Source: Dendrobates tinctorius
Taxonomy: Eukaryota
Direction of reading: 5' to 3'
Assembly: GCF_039654945.1 (NCBI RefSeq)
Contig: NW_027361696.1
Span: 57,226,001 to 57,290,000 of the forward strand
DNA: 64,000 nt
The notes under the pieces are model-generated. The model searched no databases. It saw nothing but the letters and a program-made list of their open reading frames with translations, and had not been told where the DNA came from. Shown here piece by piece: positions 37,501 to 50,191 of the stretch. Made by a program: the position numbers and the translations under genes. Within the stretch, counting starts at the first letter, position 1. Each line of letters opens with the position of its first letter.

Positions 37501-38127
37501 GGATATTTTTTTCTTTAAGGATATCCAGCCATTGGATCCCTCCAATTCTCTTTCTGAATCCCTTAAAATCTGCCATTCTGAAATCTAACCTTGACGTCTG
37601 AGTCTTCACAGGTCTTTCTCCTCTAGTTATCCAAAATTCTAAAATAGCATGGTCGCTACCTCCTAGGGTACCAGACACTTTTACCTCCTCAACCATTTCC
37701 TCCCTGTTTATAAGGATTAGATCCAAGGTAGCAGTTCCCCTTGTTTTCTCCCTTACCTTTTGGAAGATAAAGTTGTCAGCAAGAGAGGATAAGAATTTCC
37801 TTGACCTGTTAGTTTTGCCTGAGAGAGATTCCCAACAAATGTCTGGATAGTTGAAATCTCCCATGACAACTATGTCATATTTTTTGGAGAACTTGGCCAT
37901 TTGATGCATAAAGAGTTCATCAATATCTTCAGCTTGCACAGGCGGCCTGTAGTAAATGCCTACAATGGTGTCCTTTCCATTGTTCTGTCCTTGTATTCTT
38001 ACCCAAACAGTTTCCACAGAACTCCCGGTCTCTGAAGCTTCAATCTCTGTGCAGATATACGCGCTTCTAACATACAATGCGACACCTCCTCCTCGTTTAT
38101 CAAGTCTGTTTCTTGCAAATAAGTTGT

Positions 38128-41100
38128 TTTCAAATAATTTTATTGGTTTTTTAGAAATAAACAGGGTAGGGAAAGGAAGGGAGTGGGGAATAAACAACCT
38201 TGTACAGGTACGGAAAAAAAATTTAAAAACTAGAGAACCCACAAATAGGCATAGAATAACATATATCGAATAACAACATAAAAGGAAAATAAAATCGACA
38301 ATCCTTATTATGGGGTAACATTCTTGGAAGGAGATACAGCATCCCAGTACTAAAGTGCCCAGGTTTAAACTTCAAAATATAGTGCCTCTTGTTAAGTCTA
38401 TTTGATATGAAATTTGTTGTTCCAGGTCTTCCATTTTTTTGAGTATTTGTGAATGTGATTGTTGTTAATCGCAAATCTGCGTTCTAAATCGCTGTGTTGG
38501 CCTATCTTGTCAAGTATGTCTGAAAACTTGGGAACCTCTGCTTTCTTCCACCATTGTGCTAACATGGTCTTGGTCACTAAGGGGATGTGTATGATAATGT
38601 TTCTTACCGAATCATCAAATTGTTCCATGTCTAATGAAAGAAGTTGTCACGCCTCCTGCCTGCCATACCTACCAGCGCGGTCCCGCTGCTCTTCTGCGCG
38701 CCTCCCGGCGCGCTCCTGCTCCATGTCGCGTCCCCGCTCCAGACATCCGGGCTCCCCGTCGTTGTTCCTGCGCCTGTCTATCCCCTTGGCGCTCGGACCT
38801 CTGGGAGCAGTGACGCAGTGGCTCCGCCCCCAACATGGCGGCGCCCACCGGCTATTTCAGCAAGGCGTCTTGTCAGGTAAGACGCCTGTTTATCTTCTGC
38901 GGTGACGCTGTTCCTGCTCTAGCGTTTCCGCCACCCTCAGGTCCCTGTGTCCTCTGTGCTATCCTTCCGCCCTGTCTGCGCTGCCTCCGGTAGCTCCTCT
39001 GCTCCGTGTCCTCCTGCCTAGCCCGGTGTCTCTGCCTTGTCCTTTGTGCCTCTCTGGTCTGTTACCCTTTGCTATCTGTCCGACCGCTCTGTGTGTTGTC
39101 CGTACCATGCCCACCTTCCTCTCTCGCCCGCAGTCAACAGTCTCCGTCTGCCTCTAGTGCCCCCGGTCCGGCTAGCCTCTATTTCCCTTAGTTCCTACTG
39201 TCCCTCCGTACATCTGGGCTCTGTATCTCCTCGCCACTGACTCTCTTATTCCTAGCCCTGGTCGTCCCTTTGGCTCCGGCTGTTACGGTTCCATCCCTCG
39301 TGGGCCTGCTCCTAACGCTCCCTGTATAGGGGGTGGTTCCACCTGGTCAGCTCGCCCCCGGGGGCTCTGGAGCCGTGACCCAGAGGGTCCACTTCCAGGT
39401 TCCTCCATCTTTTCCCACACCGTAACAGAAGTGCTCTTTCAGGTGTAATTGTGAAGTCCTTAGCAATGAGGTTAATGTGCTGTGTGACTTGAAGCCAGAG
39501 GTTTTTGATTTTTGAACAACCCCAGAAAATATGGTAGAGGTTCCCTTGGTGTCCACAATCTCTCCAGCACAAGGTAGATAGCTCTGTGTTAAAATGCGAT
39601 AACCTCGTCGGGGTATAGTACCACCTATTTAACAATTTGAAATAACTCTCATGAAGACCCATTGATATGTTGGAATTGTAAGTGTTTTTGATGGCATCGT
39701 TCCAGTTCTCGAGACGGATATCAGCACCAAAATCGGACTCCCATCTCTTCATGTATATGTTTTTGTGGCTCGTTAGGTCTTTGACGACAGATCTATACAA
39801 ATTACGCAGACTCCAGAGGTTTTTATTTTTAAGGTTGCACAACAGTGAAGTTAGCATTTCATAATTCAAAGTCTTCCCTTTTATGAATTTCCAAATTCTG
39901 TCTTTCAACATGGTGTAAAAGACTAGCTCAGATGACGGTATATTATATTTAACCCTGATCTCACTGAATTTCAGGAACTCCACTCCACTAAAAACATCCC
40001 CCACCCTTTTAATTCCAGATTTCCCCCAAACCTCCGGTATCGGGAGATCATCCATCAGTGTCAATGAAGAAAGAGGCAACTTTAAGATTTGCTCTGCTTT
40101 TTTGATATTTTTAGTCGGCTTAATGAGATCCCTCCAGGCTGAGATTATCGGCCGGAATATAGGATGAGATGAGTTCGCACTGGGCTTTTGCAGAAGGAAG
40201 TGAAAGAAAAGCTTTTGCAATGAACCTCTGTCAATAGCATCTCTCTCCAAGCCATACCAAGCTGGATGCGTCATGTTTTCAGTAAACCAGTGCCAGCTCT
40301 GTTTAATGAGCAAGGCCTGATAATAAGCGTATATGTTGGGCAGTCCTGCGCCCCCATGTTTTTTTTTTTTTTTGTACATCAAGTCTGCAGATATTCTTGC
40401 TTTTTTACCTTTCCAAATAAATAGTCGGATGAGCTCTTGAGCTTTATCAATGGTTTGGCACGGAAAGCTAACTGGTAAAGTCCTAAATATGTATAAAATT
40501 TTGGGAAGGATAAAAGTTTTGACTGCCAGAATCTTCCCAAAGATGGAAATCTCTAGCTGAGCCAAAAAGAATAGATCGCCTGTAATAGTCTTTATAATGC
40601 TGTCTAAATTGGCCCTAACTGTGGCCAATGGATTGATCCAGCTATCCTAGATAGACAATCTCTTTCTCCTCCCAAATGAACTGGGTTTGGGCCTTTACTT
40701 TGTTAATTTCAGATTGTTTCATGTTTAGAGTTATAAATTTTGATTTGTTTGGGTTTATCTTAAAATAAGATGCTCTAGAGAATTTTTCTAGTTCAACTGA
40801 AAGGGCTTTAATGGAGTTTGCAGGATCCAGTAGCGTGAGGAATAGATCATCTGCGAATAATCCAATTTTAAAATTTCGTGATGGCAGTTCAAAGCCTTTA
40901 ATATCATTGTTTATTCTTATTTTTTCGGCTAGGGGCTCTATGGCAAGCACAAATAGAAGGGGGGACAGGGGGCACCCCTGTCTCGTGCCATTGGTAATGT
41001 CGAACGGGTCGGAGAGGAAATTGTTTGCATAAATCCTGGCACTGGGTCCCGAGTACAAGGCGAAGACTGTTGATAGAAACTTCTCGTCAAAGCCAAATCT

Positions 41101-41428
41101 AGCGAGAGTTGCTTTTAAGTAAAGCCAGTTTAGCCTATCAAACGCCTTCTCGGCGTCCAGTGCCAGAAAAGCAGTTTGGGTTCTCAGGTTGTTCGCTAAA
41201 TTTATCAGATTCAACACCCTTCTAGTTCCGTCTGAGGCCTGGCGGCCCTCTGTAAAGCCTATTTGATCATCCGCCAACAGACCTGGAAGGATGTTTTTTA
41301 ATCGGTTTGCAATGATCTTTGAGTAGATTTTAATATCGCTATTTATGAGCGATATTGGCCTATAGCTCTGTATCCTCTCGGGGTCCCCCCCCTCCTTTGG
41401 AATCATGATAATTGTTGCCTCTAACATC
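38128..41428 (-). mobile_element. 5'-truncated L1-clade LINE (RT to C-terminal Cys-rich domain, 3' UTR with AATAAA)
   Basis: YRPISL, LDAEKAFDRL, GTRQGCPLSPLLF, FADD, CWRDC..H...C; 17-bp TSD TCTTGCAAATAAGTTGT (38111-38127, 41429-41445). Confidence 0.95.
38645..39427. mobile_element. Solo LTR, 783 bp, inserted in L1 ORF2
   Basis: TGTCACG...CGTAACA termini; 5-bp TSD GAAGT (38640-38644, 39428-39432). Confidence 0.92.
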
Positions 41429-41699
41429 TCTTGCAAATAAGTTGTAACCTTCTAGTCTTGTATTCCAATCATGTGTATTGTCCCACCAAGTTTCAGTGAT
41501 TCCAATGACATCATATTTCTTTTCCTGTGTTAGTAGTTCCAATTCTCCTTGTTTGTTGCCCATGCTTTGTGCATTAGTATAGAAACATTTTAGTTTGTGA
41601 TTGGTTTCTCTTTCTCCAATATTTGTATTAATTAGATTCTTTTGTCTTTGTTCTTCCTTTCCACTTCTAATAGCAGAGTTCTCATTAGCATTTGTCAGG

Positions 41700-42085
41700 T
41701 GAAGCTGGGGAATAGCAGGGGGACAGGTGGATTAGTCGGGCAGCAGAGATTTATGCAGCGAAATGAAGAAGTAGGACATGACTGATAGACACTTTGGGAT
41801 TCTGGAGAGCAGATAGGTGATGTCTGGGCCAGAGAGGTAGATCTGAGTGTCATCATCATATAGATGGTACTTAAAGCCCTGGGACTTGCAGTTGTTCCAG
41901 GCCAGTGTATATACGGAGTTGGGATCCCAAGACAGAGCCTTGAGGGATTCCCAACAGAGAGAGGATGGGTGAAGAGGTAGTGTGTGAATGGTAGATGCTA
42001 AATGTGCAGTTAGAGAGGTATGAGGAGATCCAGGAGAGTGCTGATGTATAACACTCTCCTTGACACCTCCAACATCGTTGGTGGC
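41700..42085 (-). mobile_element. Degraded L2 RT fragment
   Basis: GIPQGSVLG and GFKYHLYDDDTQIYLS (YADD equivalent). Confidence 0.8.
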
Positions 42086-44377
42086 CATCGTTTCTACTCA
42101 GCATGAGTCATCAGTGAACAGCGCTGAGGCCTACTGGTCCTCTGTCCAGCGTAGATGTTATGTTCCCGTTATGACAGCTGTGCCTGGTGGTGTGTCACGT
42201 ACTGGATCCTGTATCACTGCTGCATCCCTGGCCGAGTGCCGATGAAGCCAGAGTACGTATACCCGGCTCACTGCGCATTATTGGGGAGGCAGAAACTTGC
42301 AAAAAGTCAGTGATAACTCCGCTCTTGCAAATTATGGTAGTCATTCCTACACAGAGTAGGTAAGACTATCACTCACTAATTAGCTGTTATAAAATTATTT
42401 TGTCAAGTGCAGTAATAAATAAGATGGGTTTAATAGAAAGGGTAAAGAGATAACAATAAATCCATGGTGGCGGCTTGGGGGGCCTGGTTCCATTTAAAAG
42501 CCTGTTTTTCCCCAGAAGCTTCGTCCAGATGAGTAGACAGAATAGACATCAGTGTAACATGAGGACAGCTCGAGTCTGATTCTAGTAGGTTAAGTGACCC
42601 CATTGAATCAGAACTGGATAAATACGAGGAGCTGGTGTGCCTAGAAAGTTTTTTTTGGCACCAGACCTTTTTTTTGGTCTTGTATTGATGTGGTTCTAGT
42701 TGACAGACTCCTGGAGCTTCGCAGCATGCTGCAAGCTACATAAATATGTCCACTGCCATGTTAGGGTACAAAATAGGACATCAAACTTTGGCATCCAGAC
42801 GCAGTGTAGTAGTCTTGTCCTAGTGCAAAGTCGTTTGGTCCAATCCATGAAGTCCCATTAGCGGAGCTGCTTTACGCTCGCTTTTTGTGGTGCTTGTGCC
42901 CGTACATCCCTATAAACCCTTGTAAGGTTAGATTGTTTTTATGTTTCAGTTCCAACTAGAAATTATCTTGCAATTCAGATACTTGGATCAGCCTCCACAG
43001 AAGGCAAGTTATTACAAGCAGCAGATAATTTTGCATTATTTCCTGTTTTTTTTTTTTTTCGTAGTCGCAAATCTCGCAAACAAGCCTTGTTCTCTATTCT
43101 GTATCATTGGAGATTTGTACAGAAATAGCTTTCTGTTCAACTGATATAAAGCTACATGCCAGAAAGAGAGATGATTAGCTAAATAAAAGTGTGAACATTG
43201 CACATTCTGCCTCCAAGTCTGAGTCTTCAGACTTTCTGATTTTCAGCTTTGACTCTGACTTAGCTGCATTGTCTCATAGAGTCTAGGGTAGTCTAAATCA
43301 ACTTGCATGCTGCTGTTCTGTCATTTTGCAATGCTGTACACCACAGTTGTGTGGCTGCTCCATATTATTTTTTTTCTAAAAGCACTACAGGCTAGTTCTG
43401 ACTGGTGCAGCAGCTCAGTTTCGCACCCTGCAGCTCTTCATCCCCTTTTTTATATTTATCTGGTGTTCCAACGGGTCGGACGACCATAATAAATCAGTTA
43501 CAGGAATAGGGCCTCAGTCTATCCTCCTGGTTAAGAACTTACAGGCAGGTAGTTGCTAAATGTCAACAGAGCAGCTCCTTCTTTTCCACTCTGCTCTGTT
43601 GACGGGGCGCCACTGCCGATGTCATGCTGATTGTCAGTCGGCATGACGTCTGCAGTGACGCCTTGTCAGTAGAACAGAGCGCAAGAGAAGAAGCTGTTCT
43701 GTTGACAACCGGTGAGATGAAGCAGAGGAATCTTTGGCATAGGTCGTCCCCGTTCAGAAAGTTCTTAGCCCTATCCACAAAAATAGTAAATGTTCTGGAT
43801 AATCCCTTTAATGGGGCATGTCTAAGCACTGTCTATGGTCTTCTGCCCAACTGTGGGCAAAGCATATAATTGGTACTGCGCCTTTTCAATGCTCAAGTGT
43901 GAAAAAACTACGGCACCTGAGATATTCACAGATGAAGATTACGTTCAGCAAGCAGAGGTGGGGGGGAAGAAGGTGAATAAGCCCCGCCCATCAGACCGGA
44001 CCACAGTGATTTCCATACATCTCTACGAAGATAAAAAAGGTATTTAGGCATCAAAGGTGCGGGATTGGGGGGAATCAAAAGTCCTAATAGAATCCTTATG
44101 GGACGCACAATTGGGTGATATCTTTACATGATATCACAAAAATGGGTGACAGATTCCCTTTAAGACAGAAAGTTAAGACACACTGAAGAAACCATATATG
44201 GAGTGGAGTTGGCATTGACCTATCATAGACTGACACTGGCTATTCAGAAGATTGTGTGACACCCTTTTCCTGTGTGTTACAAGATTCTTTGTTTTAAGAA
44301 TAAAGTCCAGTTGTGGGTCAACCTCTGATGAGAAAGGAGTATACATATCTGACTCTGTGTTCGGTGTGTCTCTTTTA

Positions 44378-44774
44378 AGGGCCTGTCACACTAAGCGATA
44401 TCGCTAGCAATATCGCTATAACGTCACTGATTTTTGTGACGTAGCAGCGATATTGCTATCGATATCGCTATGTGTGATACTTACCTCCGACCGGCTCCCC
44501 CCGCTGATTATCGCAGATCGCGCGAGAACATCCTGGGCCGTTTCTCGTCGTCAGCTTCCTGTTGCACCGACGAGCGACGTGTGGACGCGGGCGGGAGGAC
44601 ATCAGGATCGCCTTGTCTGACAAGTAAGTAACGACCCCCGACTGCTGCTATGTCGCTGGTGAGATCTGCCTGTGTGGCAGCTCACTAGCGACCACTTAGC
44701 GATGCACCAGCGATCCTGACCGCGTCGTATCGCTGGTCGGGATCGCTGGTGCATCGCTAAGTGTGACAGTACCT
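44378..44774. mobile_element. PIF/Harbinger-type MITE, copy 3
   Basis: Inverted termini, TTA TSD. Confidence 0.85.
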
Positions 44775-45395
44775 TTATGCATGCACTCGGCTCATATTTA
44801 TTTGGTCAGGGACAGGCAATCACTAAGATCTCACTTTAAGAGATCACCCCCACACTCCAAGTAGATAATTCTCAGCTGCATTCATGATATGATGATTGAT
44901 TTCCCCTTCAGTCTTTTCACTGCAGGGCCAGCCTCAGTTGAAAAGACTTAGCTTGTGCTGTCAGGTAGTCAGTGGAACTGACTTTGCTCATTTGGGAGAA
45001 CCATTGGCCACACTTTAATGCCTTGTTAAGGATAGGTCATCAATGTTATTTGTAAAAAATCTTCTGTAAAAGGGTTGCCTTCTGTGTACCACTCATTCAA
45101 AAAAAAATGGTCCATCTGCTGAATCCAGGGAAAGGTGGTGCTGTTTGCAGGAGGCTACACCTCTGACCTCCAAAGTGAAGGCTGTGGCTAACACTTGTAC
45201 TATACTGTGCAAAAGATTCAGGCAAGTGTCTTAAAAAGTTCTGCAAAGAATGACTTCAAAAATAGTTACTAGTTTATTATCATCAATTAAAAAAATGCAA
45301 AGTGAACAAACAAAAGAGAAATATAAATCTAATCAATATTTGGCAACCGCCCTTTGCCTTCACCAGTTATTTTAGGTACTTGTCCTTGCACACAG

Positions 45396-48312
45396 TGTGA
45401 AGAGGTCAGCTTACGCTGAGTCTTCTTTTCTTTAGAGTGGACCCTCTGGGTCGTGGCACCCACCAACCTAGGGCGAGCTGACCTTGTGAGGAACCACCCC
45501 CTATACAGGGCGTGTCAGGGGCAAGACCAAGGGGGTGAGCCACCACGACTGCTGGCACCAGATGGCCGGCTCAAGTATACACTAGGTACGAGTGTCTGAC
45601 GACAAGGACGAGCAGAAAGCTAGACAAGACAATACGTAAGTTCAAGGTATCTTCATTAAGACAACTTCAGGATAACATTCAGTGCAAAAACGTGAGAACA
45701 AGCAAACACGGCAAGGTGCGTGCGTGGGCACACCAAAGTCCGTAGCATGGTACGTACCAGGTGGCACGCCTGGGTACAAGCAAAGGCACAATGGCATCAG
45801 ACTCCGGACAGCTAGCAACGATCGACATGATCAGGGCATTAGGCTGCGGACATCAGCTCTGGACATCAGGCCGCAGTCATCAGGCTTACTATCTCTGGCA
45901 GCGATCGGCAGGTTCCAGGCATCCGGCAGGCAAACCAGGGTTCATGCAAGGAGGCACGACAGATCTCCAGGCATGGTGCATGTTAGGGAACACGCCGAGG
46001 TCCAAGGCAGAATTCCAGGCAGAGTGCGTTCTAGGGTCACACCAGGGTCCAGGGCAAGGTGCAAGGCAGGTTGCGTGTGTAGGGGACACGCCAGGGTACA
46101 AAGCAAGGTGCAAGGCAAGGTGCGTGTGTAAGGGACACGCCAGGGTTCAAAGTTCAACAAACAAGACAGGGTGCGAGTGAAGAGACGCCAAGGCACAAGG
46201 TACAAGGCAGAGTCCTGCGCGTGCAGAGAGACACGCCAGGGTCAGGGTTCAAGGCAGAGTCCTGCGCGTGCAGAGAGACACGCCAGGGTCAGGGTTCAAG
46301 GCAGAGTCCTGCGCGTGCAGAGAGACACGTCAGGGTTCAAGGCAGAGTCCTGCGTGTGCAGAGAGACACGCCAGGGTTCAAGGCAGAGTCCTGCGCGTGC
46401 AGAGAGACACGCCAGGGTTCAAGGCAGAGTCCTGCGCGTGCAGAGAGACACGCCAGGGTCAGGGTTCAAGGCAGAGTCCTGCGCGTGCAGAGAGACACGC
46501 CAGGGTCAGGGTTCAAGGCAGAGTCCTGCGCGTGCAGAGAGACACGCCAGGGTCAGGGTTCAAGGCAGAGTCCTGCGCGTGCAGAGAGACACGCCAGGGT
46601 CAGGGTTCAAGGCAGAGTCCTGCGCGTGCAGAGAGACACGCCAGGGTCAGGGTTCAAGGCAGAGTCCTGCGCGTGCAGAGAGACACGCCAGGGTCAGGGT
46701 TCAAGGCAGAGTCCTGCGCGTGCAGAGAGACACGCCAGGGTCAGGGTTCAAGGCAGAGTCCTGCGAGTGCAGAGAGACACGCCAGGGTTCAAGGCAGAGT
46801 CCTGCGTGTGCAGAGGACACGCCAGGGACAGTACAGGCAAGGACCTGTACGTGCAAGAGGGCACGACAGGGTACATGGCAAGACCTGCGCGTACTTTTAC
46901 AGAAGCACGGGGAGGTATGCCACTGGGCAGGCGAGGGCCTGCACGTGCTAAGAGAGGAGCAGGCAAACACAGTGCAGAGACAGCGTCAGTGCAAGGAAGC
47001 ACAGAGAGCACGGCTGGGGCACTGGCTAGCTGGACGGGCTCCAGTACAAACAGGCGGGCAAGACTCCAGCGAACCCGACTGGGGCATAGCAGGTGACACA
47101 GCTGTCACTGACCGACGAGCACGGCTGAGGCACAAGCAGGCGGGCACGACTAGGGCGGGCACGGCTGAGGCGCAAGCAGGAGGCTAGGAAGGCCAGGCGC
47201 ATGCAAAGGGCACACAAAGAAGCAAGGCAAAGCAAGAAACAATGCAAGGCTAGGCGAGAAACAAGGCAAGACAAGGTACGGAACACGGAGCGGAACATAG
47301 GCAGAAACACAGAGCCAAGTCGGAGCGAGAACAAAGCTAGCAGCGGAGCGTAGGCTGAAGCCCAGGGCCGGGTCAAGGGAGAACCTTGAGACTAGCGTGG
47401 AAATGTGCAAGAGAGCATGATAGGGCAGAGTCTAGCAGCGGAGCATAGGCCGAAGCCCAGAGCTGGGTCAAGGCAGAGCCTTGAGACTAGACATGGAAAT
47501 GTGCAAGAGAGCACCAAAGGGCAGAGTACGGAAAACCAGGCAGAGACAAGAAACATGAGAAGCACTACAAGGCTCAGAATAGCAAAGACCAGACATGGCG
47601 AAACAGGCAAAGGCAGAGAACAGCGGAAGTACTATAAGGCAAAGCAAGGCAAGGACAAACATGGCACGAGAAAAGAGGCAGAGTACAAGCACAGAGCGTG
47701 CGCAGAGACGCACGACAGGGCAGAGTGCAGGGGCACAGAATACAGGGAGCGACTGAGCAGACCAAGCAGCCATGCAGGGAAGCAACACGATACTCAGGCC
47801 CCGACCATAGGAAGGGGCGGTGTGATATATCACCATAGCACCTGCAGTTCCGGGTCAGGATCAGAGAAGGACTTCCGGTTCAGAGCCTCCAGGATCATAG
47901 AGAGCGTTGCTAGATCAGACTGGGCTGAACCATAGAGAAGGTCACATGATCAGGGGTTCCAGGAATACATAGAGGATTGCAGAATCAGACAGTGCTGGAA
48001 CATAGGAAAGGTCACATGATCAGGGGTTCCAGGAATACAGAGGATTGTAGAATCAGACAGTGCTGGAACATAGGAAAGGTCACATGATCAAGGGTTCCAG
48101 GAATACAGAGGATTGCAGAATCAGAGCAGAGACGGATGGTTACCTAGCAACGGCGTGCAGCCCGGAGGTAAGGCGTGCGTGCACACCGCTCCCGGCATCT
48201 TGCAGCATGAGACATAACGGGCATAAGATTTCAGTGCACACCGCTCCAGGAGTCATGCGGCACAGCAGACAAGGCGGACATGACAGGCATAACGGACAAG
48301 GCGGACATGACA
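45396..48312. mobile_element. 2.9-kb solo-LTR-like element inflated by internal tandem repeats
   Basis: TGTGAAG...CATGACA termini; 5-bp TSD CACAG (45391-45395, 48313-48317); 45435-45512 is the reverse-complement homolog of 39318-39395 in the 783-bp LTR; no gag/pol motifs. Confidence 0.85.
46204..46826. repeat. 47-bp (variant 41-bp) tandem array inside the LTR
   Basis: Unit cagggtcagggttcaaggcagagtcctgcgcgtgcagagagacacgc, about 13-14 nearly identical copies. Confidence 0.95.
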
Positions 48313-50191
48313 CACAGTTTTTGAAATTACTTGTTCGGGAAGTTGTTCCAAATGGCTTGGAAAACTTATCATAGATCTACTGTGTATGAGACTTGTGCAG
48401 ATCTTTCTGTCTCTTGTGATCCCAGAGAGACTAGATGATACTGAAATCAGAGCACTGTGGGGCCTGATCATAATTTCCAGGGCACCTTTTTCTTCATTAT
48501 GCCGAAGATCATTCTTAATTATATTGGTTTATTGCTTAGATGTTTTAGATAATTTTCTGTCTGCAGAATAAATTTAGAGCCAAACGGACACCTCCCTGAT
48601 GAATTTACAAGATGAATGAAGTATCTGCCTGTATTTCTCAGCATTGAGGGTACCAAGAAATGGGCAACCTTTAGGACTGTAGATGCCGTGGTCTGCCAAG
48701 GAAACTTGGTGCAACAGATGGAACACACTTTGATTACTTGCCTTCAAATTAGGAACATGTCCAACAGTGCCATCAGCTCAGAACTGGCAGCAACTGGCAG
48801 GACCAACTCCACCAATCTACTGTTTGGAGTAGCCTGATAGAGGTGTTCTTCATGGAAAAGTTGTGGTCAAACCTTTGATATGGAAACAAGTCCAAGTGAC
48901 TCAGCTATGCACGAAAACAGGAGCTTTGGTAGAGAAAAATGAAACCAGGAGCTCTGGACTGATAGCTGGAATGTGAAATATTTGGCTGTAACAGAAAGAA
49001 GTTTGTTGCTGAAGGACTAATGAGGATCTGCAGGAACAGTGAAGCACAGTGGAGGGTCCTTCAAGTCTGTGACTACATTTCAGCAAATGGAGTTGGGAAA
49101 TTGGTCAAGATTAGTGGTGTCCTCAATGCTGAGAAATACAGTTAGATACTTATTCATCATGTAATACCATCAGATAGGCTCCAAATTTATTTTGAATTTG
49201 GTCAACAACCCTAAACATCCAGCAAATGTAATTAAGAGTGATATTCAGAGTAAATAAGAACAAGGGGCCTTAGAAGTGATGATACGGCCCAGAATAACAC
49301 TGATCTCCGCATTACCTAGTCTTTCTGGGATTAAATGAAGAGACAGAAGGATCTGCACAAGCCTCATACACAGAAGATCTGGGATCAGTTCTCCAAGATG
49401 TTTGGCGCACCCTCCTTCCGAGTTCCTTCAAAAACTGTACAAGTACATAGAAGTATTGATGAAGGCAAAGGGCGGTCACCAAATATTGCCGGGATTTAGA
49501 TTTCTCTTTTATTCGTTCACTTTGCATCTTGTTAATTGATAATCCGGCATGAATGAGTCAAACGCCATATGTTATAATTACTGTAAACTTTTAAGCTGGT
49601 TATATACTTTATAGCGGTCAGCAGCACACTTTTATTTTTTTGTCCGGCAGTCATGTCTACCAACTCCCACGTCTATTTTTACATATTGCTGTACTTAATG
49701 GGTATGTGTTCTGGATACAGAGAGACCATTTATCTTCCCTCGGAGCAAAAAGATCAGGAATGTAGAAATCCAAATACCCAACTTTTTTCTCCCTTGACAC
49801 CCTGTATTGTCAACTTGACTTTTTCGTGTTTTTTTTTTTTTTTTTTGACAGCTTGTCAAAAAATCACGTACAGACAATGTTTTTTACGGAAACATTGGAA
49901 AATCATGATAAACCTTTGATTACATCAGTGATGCTACGTATCTACAGCTCATACAGTCAAATAATCTGTATACGTTCTTCAGCTTCAAAGAAAATCATTG
50001 ATACCCTTATTTTTAGATGACAAAAAAGTGCCCCATTTGTACAGACTGTCCTGGAATATCTGGATGGTTGTCAACCCAGCTTGGGTGCCCCTGACATTGG
50101 TGATTTGTCTAATGTGTATGGCCAGCTTTGGATTGTAGATGGCAGACCTGTTGTCAATCTTGTCCCCTATTTTTTTCTTTGTATTTTGCAG

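Larger units (their letters stand above)
35472..41695 (-). mobile_element. CR1 LINE with near-complete but frameshifted ORF2 (APE + RT), interrupted by an L1 insertion
   Basis: EN motifs YTNAQSMGNK, IGITETWW, RGGGVALYV, VMGDFNYPDI, GSDH; RT motifs [28 protein letters not shown]; 3' (ATTCTRYG)n tail at ~35472. Confidence 0.95.
45290..49540 (+). mobile_element. Old Tc1-like remnant with inverted end segments, interrupted by the 2.9-kb LTR
   Basis: 45296-45362 is the reverse complement of 49460-49527; decayed VKHSGGS and KAKGGH motifs at 49030-49490. Confidence 0.65.

Noticed and set aside
46171-47187. 338-, 291- and 227-aa repetitive ORFs
   Set aside because: 47-bp array inside an LTR, open in all three frames
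50128-50191. N-terminal extension MDCRWQTCCQSCPLFFSLYFA of the 147-aa ORF
   Set aside because: Non-ATG start and read-through of the intron polypyrimidine tract; the exon starts at 50192
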